Shown here: one piece after another, positions 13,001-25,000 of the stretch | Layout: the number at the start of each line of letters is the position of its first letter | Numbering within the stretch: the first letter of the stretch is position 1 | Source: Lytechinus pictus | Lineage: Eukaryota | NCBI RefSeq assembly: GCF_037042905.1 | Contig: NC_087245.1 | Coordinates: 32,304,001 to 32,368,000, forward strand | Reading direction: 5' to 3' | Length of the DNA stretch: 64,000 bases | Notes under the pieces: model-generated | What the model saw: the letters and a program-made list of their open reading frames with translations, nothing else | What the model was told of the DNA's origin: nothing | Database searches by the model: none | Program-made: the position numbers and the translations under genes

Positions 13001-16000
13001 GCCATGGAGAAAGTCCAGAGACGTGCTGCAAGATCCGCATGCAACGAGTACAGCAGGACTGCTAGTGTCACAAGCACGATGAAGCGCCTGGGATGGGGAA
13101 GCCTTGAAGAAAGTAGATCCAAAGCCCGCCTATTGATCTACAAGGAAAGTCAAGGATTAATTCCCAGTAACATTAAGCATCTCTTGAGAATCAACATGGC
13201 TCAGAGTAAGCCAACAACAAGGCACTTTTCAAAGAAGTTTGTTAACCACCTTATAAGGGCAAATAAGAGATGCTACCAGCAATCTCTATACCCAAGAACA
13301 ATCCCCCAATTGGAATAAACTCCCAGATACTGTAAGGGAGGCTACACCAAATTCAAAGAACTTGAAAGAATCGAAATACATTAAGTACACATCCGACTTA
13401 ATGCACTGTTGCCAAAAATGTATGGGATAGCCACACCAGGGTTCTGTTTCATAAAGACTTGTTATAGTAAACAAATGCACAATTTCTATAACAAATTTAC
13501 CATCAGCCAATCAGAAAGAAGGATTTCAGTAGCTTTTAACTGTTACTGCAAAGTTGTTATTGTAACAAGTTTTATGAAACGGGGCCCAGGCATTTGTACA
13601 TCAAACCATCTAGATCCAGCGTTTACAATCTGTCCTGCTGTGCCTTACCAACTCCACCAATTTTATTTGTTTTTGATTGGCACTCATGGCACATCTGTAT
13701 TTTTTACACATGCAGGGGGGGGGGGGCATGTACATCTGTTCATCATTTACAATGTTTATTTTGATTATCTGGTTAATTTGTTTAGGGTGATTCAATACAG
13801 GAAACTTCTTTGCTCTACGCGGAATCTTGATACCGCAGAATCTGCATAATTCTGTGAGATTTTGGGTGTGTTGGTCCATGCCCACTCACAATGACGCACA
13901 CACAAACACCCTTGGGGGCTTACAAACAAGGGTATATTCAAAGCTCAATATCAGAAAAATTTGAATGTAACACTTGTAATTGTTAATGAATAAATTGTGA
14001 CTAATGACCTGAATAATATGAAAAACCATGAAATTAGGAGGGGATAAATGGCAGGGTCTAGTTATGATTTTACGTTTTGAAGTGATAAAATGATACCTAA
14101 AATGTACAAGAGCACCTTCGTAACTCAGGAGGATGCGTGAATCCGGGGAAGATGGCTTTGTTTCAAATCTTATTGATTCATTATGGCATCGATAATTCGA
14201 AAATTGACACAACCTAGTTTCAGGACTGTCCCTGATTTACATATCGTGGCCCAAAGTCACCTTCTAATTCTGAGCCTGCAGCTCTCGTGATAATCAGGTG
14301 TTATTGGTGAGCGCCATCTCGCAACGTAATGGTGAACTAGGCCAAGATCGCGCGATGCAGTAACTCTCCATTCATTGCGTGCACGTAGGTGATGGGTAGA
14401 GGGGTAGCTAGGTTTGGTGTAAAAATGGAATAATGTTATGTTTTTTGTTACTAATGAAACCATTCCTTGTAGAAACTGTAAGAAACAGATGGATGGAAAA
14501 AGGAAAACTCTGGGATGAAATAGAATAACATGTTCATGTTTTTGTTTTTATAAACAGTCAATTTGTAACCATGTTAATGCTGTATATACAGTGTAACTCA
14601 CCTCTTTCAAACTCATATTTGAAGGCCTCTTCGAAACCTTGACTATCATAAGTATTGCGTAGTGTAGCGTGTCTGTCTCCTAGCATGGCTCTTTGGTCTG
14701 GGAAAGCAGTCAAGAGCTTGGCAAGTTTCTTGGCTTCAGTTAAAGCTGTCAGGATAAACAAAATGAAAAGCTGTAAGATAGTATACAAATAATGAATGTT
14801 TATGAGTGCAATAGACAGAATAATTCATGAGGTGAAAGATGAAAAGATCCATTCAACTCGGCTATGCCTCATTGAATGGATCATTCATTTCATCTTTCAC
14901 CGAATGACGTATTCTGTCCATTGCACGAATGAAGGAACATTCATTATTTGGTTTATATGACACTTAAAACTAGATTATTTTTCAATTTCGATGCAAAATA
15001 TGATCATGCAGTGCGAACTTGGTCTGTTGATTGTCAAGTACAATGCGCATGTGCAATGGACAAAATCGTATGGATCCAAAATTGCACGATGAATGGATCC
15101 TAAATTGCAAGGTCGATGACGTCATTGTAAAATGGTCCGAATGATCGATATCAAACAACCAATCAAATGCCAAGGATCTACCTAGTATATATGACACCTA
15201 GTGGTGTCATATAATAGAAAATATATGGCACTGGGTAAAGAGATGCTCAAAATGGTTGACTTGCAGTCTACTGTATATCGAGAGCAAATGTAAGAATGAA
15301 CAGAAAGAAAATTTAAACATAGTAAAACAGAAGCAGACATGAAGAAACAATGCAAAAGATTCTGAGCTCTGATTTTTAATCCATTATAACAGGAAATGGA
15401 GGCACAGTATCAGTCGCTTAAATCTTAAAATCACTAAAATAGTCAACAGTACATGCAAATTACTTTTGTCCGCATAGAATATGATCTGTAAGCTCTATTG
15501 TTGCCATTTATTCACTCCCTGGGAGCATTCTAACAAGAGTTTCCAAACATAATTGCTAGGTAATATAAGATAAACTAGAAATCTGACGTGTCCAAAGGAC
15601 ACAGATGCCCCCGCTTAACGCAATCAGAAATTCATTCAATATGATTGAACTTAATATTGTGCAGAAACCAATATGCATATATATAATGAACAAATTTAGA
15701 CCTCTGACCTAAAGACTCACCCTTTCAATAATAATCTCTGACAGAAGATATGACAGTCAGGTCATTTGATGTGACCTGACTGTATTTTTGTGTCATTTAC
15801 CCAGACACCAAACATTTTTAAAATCTGGTGAATATTTCCAAAGTTATCATGCGGAAACCAAATTGCATATATAATGAGCTGTGACCTTTGACCTGCGGAC
15901 TCCGAATTCGAAATTAGCCTGTATTTTGGTGTCATCTACCTACACACCAAATTTTTTTTTAATCCGTTGAATATTTCATAAGTTATCATGCGGAAACCAA

Positions 16001-19000
16001 CTCGCATATTTAATGAGCTGTGACCTTTGACCTGCGGACTCCGGATTCGAACTAAGCCTCTATCAGTCAGTCCGCAAGCCCCTGTGTTAATGAGCAAGAT
16101 TTATCCAAGTCCTCTCGTGGCTGAATTCATGTCCCTGCAAAATCTCGTGAATTGTGAGACTTTCTTTCTCAAAGAATTTAACCACTTTCTCCTTGAGTAA
16201 CATTGATTATTTTTGTACCATGGGCAAGAGTAAATGTTACCCTTTTATAGTAGACCGGCCAAAAGTCAAAAAGTGCTCTAGATAAGGATTCGACGGCAAA
16301 ATTTGTTAATGCTTGGCATCCCAGCTAAAAGTCTTGCAAAAATACCCAGGAATAGCGTACGGCCGGATGCCAAGCGCAATTTTGCGTGAAAGTATAATTT
16401 TTAGCGTAAAAACTGAAAGAATGTCGAAAATCACGCATTTTGATATTTTGACGGATTATCATCATATTTTTGATTATCTTTGATATGAAATTATTTTTAT
16501 TCAGAGTTTCAAATTATAAGTCTCATAAATATGCATTTCAAATTTGAATATTACACACACACATATGGCACAGGGAAACATAAAACCGCGATTTCCTCAA
16601 AATAAAAGTTTGTGAAAACTATCAATAGTTTAAAGTTTTTTACGCAACTTAAATTCTTCGATTTAACTGCGTTTATCCATCAAATGTATAGTAAATGTCC
16701 TAATGTCACAAATATTAAAAGAATTTTCAAGTAAGATGGAAGATATCTCACTTTATGTTATCCGAAAGGAGACAATGTGCATTTTACCAGGTGCGCATTT
16801 TGAAAGAAAAATTGAAAATACCGTACATTATGTACATAATTACATGTATAAGTACATACTAAAGCGAGTTTTTAATTACATGTATAAGTGCATTCTAAAG
16901 CGAGTTTTTAATTGGATAGCACAATTTGTCAATTCTTTGCATCCCAGCTAAAAGTCTTGCGGAAATCCTGAGGAATAACGTACGGGCGGATGCCAAGTGC
17001 ACTTTTGCGTGAAAGTATCATTTTTTGCGTAAAATTTGAAAGACTGTCGAAAATCACGCATTTTGATATTTTGACGGATTATCATCATATTTTTGGTTAT
17101 CTTTGATATGGAATTATTTTTATTCAGAGTTTTAAATTATAAGTCTCATAAATATGCATTTCAATTTGGAATATTACACACACATATATGGCAATATGAA
17201 ATATAAAATCGTGATTTACTAAAAATAATAGTTTGTGAAAACTATCAATAGTATAATGTTTGTGTTCCGCATCTCAATTTCGTCAAATTTAGCGCTAACC
17301 GATTAAATACATAATAATTGTTGTAATGGCACATATAGTGAAAACAAATGTTGAAATAAGATGCAAGATATATCATTTCATGTTATATATGCGAAAGATA
17401 ACAATGTACATTTATCGGATGCGCATTTCTGATAAAATACAAACAGCGCACAATATTACATCTATATTGCACATACCGATATTAATCAGTGCGATACTCA
17501 TCATGATATTATATAGGATTATGTTTACTTTTGTAGAGTTCGATCTTCTTGCTACTTCAATACCTATTTTTGTCTCGCCTGCATGCATAGCAGAGCAGGA
17601 CTAAAGGAGCCACTTTTCCGGCGGAGGCGACGGTAGTTTTGATATAACAGCGTCATATCAACCTTGAAATCTTAACCAAGGTTACGTTTTCGAAATTTCG
17701 TTATAACTTTGAACGTATAGAAAAAAAATAATGACACTTATAACAGTATTCAGGTATTACTGATCGTCTTGCACAAGTTTTAGATCACATGATTAAGGTC
17801 AAAGGTCATTTAGAGTCACTGAACTTTGGCCATATGGGGGTATTTTTTCTTAATGTCATCATAACTTTTGAATTTTATTGATCCAGTTCATGTTTAAACT
17901 TGAATATAAGGGTATTAAAGTATCATGGATCATTTTGCACAAATTTCAGTTCACATGATCAAGGTTATACGTCATTTAGGTTCGATGAGCTTATTATTTT
18001 ATTATCACATGAATGGCGCTTTTGTGAATAATTATTAGTTTCAGTTGTTTCTAATGTTCTGCTGCTATAATTATTATGTGAAAATATGAATAATAAATGT
18101 TATTTGGTCTTTTGCATTGCAAGTTATCATTTTCATTTAATTCATTTTGCTTCATTACAGTTTTCGCGTTTGCTATTATCATAGGTCCATGCTGTTATGT
18201 ATCGTAGTCTAAGACGGGGGCCGGACAGCCTGACCTTGGGCAGCCCTGGACATACATGTATGTATTGCCAATGCCAATTTGGGAAATGCAATCTATAAAT
18301 TACAATATCTACGCTGGACGCTGGTCATTAGCCTTTAGATTTGTTTGTCATAATGGTCGTGCGACTGCATTTCCCAACATGGCAATACATGTGATGAAAT
18401 GAGCTTTAAGAATTAAAATGTGAACTTAAAGAACCTACTCTTTTAGTATTTCAAACATCATTCTCCACATATAAATTTTTTTAGCTCATGCAAATGGTTA
18501 TTGACCGATCTATTTTAATTTCTGGTCTAATGAACTGTTCAATTAACTGATCAAAGAGACCGCAGTTGCATGAAACAACGCCTTCTACATTCTAAAATTG
18601 GGAAAATGAGCTACGGACACTGACATAAGCCTTTTGATAGAAGATGCATGGAAGTGAGGGGGAGGGGAAACTTGCCCCCCCCCCCCAAAAATAAAAAAAA
18701 AAAAAAAAAAAAAAATCAAGAAAAGGCATAAAACAACAGAAGCAAAATAATAGAAAGCTTGTTGGGGAGGGGGTCATTTAGTTATTTATTTATTTATTCT
18801 TTTATATATATATTATACATATTTATTAATTCATTATAACCTCAATTGAATGTAAATATTGTAATTTTAACCATTTTTTTAAATTAATAAACACAAATTC
18901 TTCCCTAAATTAAGGCTTTTGCTTAAAAGACTTGGTCAGTCAGCTCACTCACCAGCAGCGTAGCTAGGATTTTGTCAGCAGAGGAGCACGGGGGCGGGGC

Positions 19001-22000
19001 TTGGTATTTTGCAGGGGGTGCCAAAATAGATTGATTCATCAAGTATTTATTATTAAGTACATATTAGCTTTATTCTCACAAGCACGATTAAGTATCTGAC
19101 TAGGCCCGTTTGAATAATGCGAGCGCGAAGCGCAAGCATTTTTATAATATGCCATGAAATTTAGAGCTGAAAGTTAGAAAGTTACACAATTCGTAAGTGT
19201 AATCATGAACATGTAATGTAATGTTAAAAATTTCAGAAATTTTTTATATTCTGACGTGAAAACGGAGCATTTAATACATATTAAAAAAAAATGATATATA
19301 GGCTATTGATGCGAGCGCGAAACGCAATCTGAATTTTATATTCCAATCCGTAAACTGGACATTTTGATGACGTTTTGAAATAAAGAATGTTATGTATCTG
19401 TTTTTAAAAAAATCCAGCACAAGCCGAGCTGGCTTCTTTTTTTTTTTTATTAGAAACGAAACATTCTAAGGCGCGATAGCTCGATCGGTAGTGAGGGGGT
19501 TTCGGATTCCGGTGGCCTGGGTTCGATTCCCACTTGGCGCGCTAGTGCCAAGTAAGGCATTTAAATGGTAGTAAGGCATTTTAATCATATAGGTCCCTCG
19601 GAGAGTACCTTAAGCCATCGGTCATCTGGTTGCTTGCTTAGAAGCGTTCACGCTTTCTTAGCAAATGAGGTAAAACAAAAATCGTCAAATCATGAACAAT
19701 GATCAGTATTTAATTATAGCATTTGATGCAAGCGAGAAGCGTGAACTGAAAATGTCGAATTAAACGAAGGATTTTAAAAAAGTTTTTAATGTAGAAAAAG
19801 ATGAATATCTTACTTTAATAACAAAAACGTTGGCGCAAAAGCGTGAGCTTAAATTGGGAGAGACTAAGAGCTAAAGATTGGACATACAATATTCACATTT
19901 ATTTAATAATGGACTGCATGCGACTGGATTTTGAGAAGTTGACACTTCAAGCAAGGTTTGTTTTTTAACAGATAGCAAGTTGTTTATCTCATATATTAAT
20001 GCCAGCGCGAAGCTCGAGTCGAAAATTTATTTGCCATATTTTTGTAATCCCGTGTAGGGTGCCTATCTCGCTAAACCACAATAAAATATACGCTCGAATC
20101 GCAAGCAGAATACTGGGGTATATTACAGCGGCGTACCCAGGATTTTCCAAAGGGGGGGGGCAATTTTTTTGGAGGATATTTCGTCCGCGAAAAAAAATTA
20201 CAAGCAAAAAAAAAAAGGTTTTTAACCACAAATAAAGGATTTTGTACCAGAAAAAAAAAATCGTCAGGGGGGGGGGCAGGGGTACGTCCCCTGCATGAGT
20301 TGTGACTCGTCGGGGGGGCAGTCTGCCCCCCCCTTTACGCTAGTGGTATATTATCTTGAAAACAGGATACTTTCAGCTCCATCCTTTCGGATACTACACA
20401 TGACCTTAGGCAGCGGGGGAGGGGGGGGGGGAGAGGCAGTTGCGGCCAGAAATTTTGTAACTCGTTTTAAGTATGTACTTATTCATGTAATTATGTTAAT
20501 AATTTACAGATCGTCAATTTTACATTCAAAATGCCCCCCCCCCCCTCCCCACTAAATTTTGCATGCCCCCTTTCGGAAAATATTTCATCTTACTTGAAAA
20601 TTCTTTGAATATTTGTGACATTCGAAACGATCGATATTCAATAGATGAACCAATTTAAATCGAAGAAGTTAAGTTGTAAAAAAAAACTTAGAACTATTGA
20701 TAGTGTTCACAAACTTCTATTTTGAGTAAATCACGATTTTTTATGTCATATTGCCATATATGTGTGTGTAATATTCCAAATTGAAAAACATATTTAGTAG
20801 ACTTATAATTTGTAACTCTAAATAAAAATAATTCCATATCAAAGATAATCAAAAATATGATGATAATCCGTCAAAATATCAAAATGCGTGATTTTCGACA
20901 GTCTTTCAGATTTCACGCTAAAAATGATACTTTCACGCAAAAGTGCACTTGGCATCCGCCCGTACGTTATTCCTCAGTATTTCCGCAAGAATTTGAGCTG
21001 GGATGCAAAGAATTGACAAATTGTGCTATTCAATTAAAAACTCGCTTTAGAATGCACTTATACACGTAATTAAAAACTCGCTTTAGTATGTACTTATACA
21101 TGTAATTATGTACATAATGTACGGTATTTTCAATTTTTCTTTCAAAATGCGCACCTGGTAAAATGCACATTGTCTCCTTTCGGATAACATAAAGTGAGAT
21201 ATCTTCCATCTTACTTGAAAATTCTTTTAATATTTATGACATTAGGACATTTACTATACATTTGATGGATAAACGCAGTTAAATCGAAGAATTTAAGTTG
21301 CGTAAAAAATTTTAAACTATTGATAGTTTTCACAAACTTTTATTTTGAGGAAATCGCGGTTTTATGTTTCCCTGTGCCATATGTGTGTGTGTAATATTCA
21401 AATTTGAAATGCATATTTATGAGACTTATAATTTGAAACTCTGAATAAAAATAATTGCATATCAAAGATAATCAAAAATATTAAAATAATCCGTCAAAAT
21501 ATCAAAATGCGTGATTTTCGACATTCTTTCAGATTTTACGCTAAAAATGACACTTTCACGCAAAATTGCGCTTGGCATCCGGCCGTACGCGATTGCTGGG
21601 TATTTTTGCAAGACTATTAGCTGGGGTGCCAAGCATTAGCAAGCATTAACAAATTTTGCCGTCCAAAGTATAAAAAATCGTTTTGGCCGGTCTACTATTT
21701 ATATTGGTCATTTCTTTTGAATGAAATATTTTGATAAATATGTGAATTTTTTACCTGAAAAGATGCATCAAACAGAATTTTCTTCCTCTGTTTTCACTTG
21801 CAAATTGTGCAACATTTTGTGTTTTAGGCACCAACATTATTTATATCATCAGAAAGCTCAAACTCTATACTTTCTTACAATGTCACTCTTGATATGTGGC
21901 ATCTTTTAGATGGGTCAGCAGCCAGTTATTTCCATCAAGATGCAAGACGAGATTTCTGAAATTTCTGAGTAATATAAAATCAAGAGTTCTGATTGGCTGA

Positions 22001-25000
22001 ATACTGTTTTCAAAACAAACAGGCGCGGGTAATTTGAAGAGATTACCACATGGTGAGTGTGACCTTGCAGAGGCCCAGTGTGGGGAACATTGGAATTTGC
22101 GTGGGTGTGTGGTCTGTATGACCAATCAGAGCGCAGTATTCTTGTTTTTGAGCTGCAAAATGTACTTGGCCTATGAAAAGCTGGCTGCTGACCCATCTAA
22201 AATACATCTTCTTATAAAAATTATATCACATTAAAGCTTAGATCTTCAGCTTTATCATGATTTAAAAATCATTTGTGCCCAAACAGAAATTAAGTGTGAA
22301 AACAACAACTTTTGTTGCATGAAAAAAAATATTTTGTTTCCTGTTTAGATCAAAAGTTTTTCCTATATTACAACATTCTTTTAAAAATCCAAACACATGA
22401 CCTAAAAGAATGATTCTTCTTCTTTACAAAGATACCAAAAACATGAAATTTGGTCAATATTTAGAGCAGCAATGGCCGAATAAAAAGAGGTGTTTTGGTT
22501 CGCACCAAGCTCATTAACTATGCAAAAACCCTCTTGTCATGAATATCACTTGGATAAAAGAAGCTACTTTTTCAGGGCTTGCGGACTGACTGCTATTTTG
22601 GTGTCATCTACCTACACACCAAATTTTTTTTAATCCGTTGAATACTTCGTAAGTTATCATGCGGATACCAACTCAAATATTTAATGAACTGTGACCTTTG
22701 ACCTGCGGACTCCGAATTCAAACTTAGCCTGTATTTTGGTGTCATCTACCTACACACCAAATTTTTCAAAAATCCATTGCATATTTTTCGAGTTATTGCA
22801 CGGAAACCAAGTGGGGGGACGGACGGAAGGACAGGGGCAACGCTTAATGCCCCCTCCGGACTTTGTCTGCGGGGGCATGAAAATCGCTAATATGATAATC
22901 CTACACACAAACTTCTTTGTTTGAATAGAATATGTTCTGTATTGTGTTCTTTTATAGCAATATGCCCTTTCTCGACTCCCTGGAAAGTGGCAAGGTGTGG
23001 ATTAATGCCTTGCCAGAGGACGCTAGGCCTTCATGAAATTACTCCCAGTGTATATTACCTTGTCCATCTGGTACTACTCTGTTGACTAGTCCCATACTGA
23101 GAGCCTCATCAGCATCTACCGGTCTGCCAGTCAAGATCAGGTCCAGGGCTCTTGATAGACCAATTATCTTTGGTAGTCTGACTGTACAGCCATCAATAAG
23201 GGGAACGCCTAAAACGAAAACATAAATAATTTGTTTATGAGAAGGATATAATCAAACGACAATGAGGACCTAATTGAGTTAGAGGTGGGTAAGGGAGGGG
23301 GGCATATCATTTAATCTCTCTTTTTCTCTCCCCTTTTTAAATTTTTGCTCTTTTTTCTGGTCATGTGATCTGATACATGTATAGGTACGCCATTGTACTT
23401 GAGAAAATCAATGAAAAAATATCCATCATACTGCTTCACTGTGCTGCATAAACAGCAACACAGTTATGAAATATTCATGATGAATGGATTCAAACCATGA
23501 TTTAAAAACAACGTACATGTAGGTAATTTCTGATCAATGTCACCATCATGAAAATACAAAATTAAGAATTGTCATAAAATATTCATGAGAATTCCTTCCC
23601 AATGCTGAATTTGTAAATAAGAGAACTCCTTACCGAATCTTCTATTGAAGACGCCCATGATTGAACTCTTCTCCGCTACTCTCAGATCACATATGAGAGC
23701 TAACTCCATCCCTCCAGCAACTGCATAGCCGCTCACGGCTCCAATCACAGGCTTACTGAACTGCATGGAAGTAGGGCCCTAGGAAAAAAAATGTTTTCAT
23801 TCACAAATATTTCTTATCCTCCTACTACTCTTCTAAATACAGAGTAAAATATCATAACATGATAAATCATCAAAATATGAAATGCCTACCCAAACTATCT
23901 AAATTTTTATAAGACTTTCACACAGAGTTGCTTACAAGGAAATACAAAAAAATCAATACAAGTTTTGGGTGGATCATATGGCAGAATGTTGTCCTCATTT
24001 AAAGGCTGTCTATGGAAAAACCCGGTCGAGGAGATTTGTCAAATGCTGCTGTCTTGAATTGCATGCAAAGCTCCATTAACTAGTTGCCTAACCCAACCTG
24101 ATAGTCTGTGTACACTGCCTATTAGAAATGACAAATTCCATATTCAAAGGGTTAACAGATAAAATGCCACATATCTGTAAATTGTTATTAATCTGGAATG
24201 ACTGGAGTATATTGAGAAATACCAATTTGTTACTTGGCTGAGAGAAAGACGGTAGGTCGCACATGCGCTGTGATTTCAATTCCTGTGCGCCTGGCGGTAG
24301 CGGTAGCTCAAGCGCACACTACCTGAAAAGTACAATGCGCATGAGAATACTACCTGACCAACAATGAACAGGGATACATGTCATGTAAACCATAACACCC
24401 TCCTGCAAGCTGGCGCCAAATTGGATATTCTAATAATTTGCCAATAATGCTGTAAATTCAAAAGTCTCTTTACCATAGGACCTGGCTGTAGGTAGTCGGG
24501 AACCGTTTCTGGGTCTTGCTTGGCTAAATTTTTCAAGTCCCATCCTGCACAGAAATTTCCACCTGAGAGAGAAATGATAATGCTAAGATGTCATTACTGT
24601 ATTAAACATCATAAGAGAAGTTTGGAATTACAGTGTTTATAGAAAAAAGTAATCCAATTTCGAGGTTTGATATTAAGAGATTTTAGAATTTTTTATTTCA
24701 AATGTCATAAAATATGAAAGAGCAGCTCCTCAGATTGTATAAATACACTACTTACTCTCTGACACCAATCATACTCAATTAATTGATGTTGAAGACATCA
24801 GGTACAAATTCCATTTCCTTGAAGTTTCAGCAAGCAGAATTGAGATGAAAATTTTAGATGCCTCAGCCGAGTGGTTTCTTTGTCGATGAACATGAGGAGT
24901 TTGAATAGCTCTCTCATGGGCTATGACTACGTTAATGAATGCAAGGCTGAAAAAGGTAGCTATTCCTCACTGACTGATAAGTTTACATTATCTTCAGGGC

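Larger units (their letters stand above)
16248..21697. mobile_element. Foldback/Academ-like element with ~1-kb TIRs and TTTA TSD
   Basis: Termini tagtagaccggccaaaa / ttttggccggtctacta. Arms ~16248-17270 and ~20690-21697 are reverse complements, each carrying a ~620-bp-period internal duplication. Confidence 0.85.
16064..22592. mobile_element. CAG-terminated TIR element with 4-bp TSD (CTAT)
   Basis: TIRs cagtcagtccgcaagccc / gggcttgcggactgactg with CTAT on both sides. Removing it restores the host tandem unit. Confidence 0.85.
15571..22883 (-). mobile_element. Helentron-associated (HINE/DINE-1-like) element with internal ~139-bp tandem units, split by nested insertions
   Basis: On the minus strand the 5' end reads ttttcatgcccccgc...gggggcat followed by (gtcc)n. 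The 3' end reads gcgggggcat, hairpin gtgtcc-ttt-ggacac, then ctagttt. Units aagttatcatgcgga start at 15841 and 15980 and resume after 22592. Confidence 0.7.
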
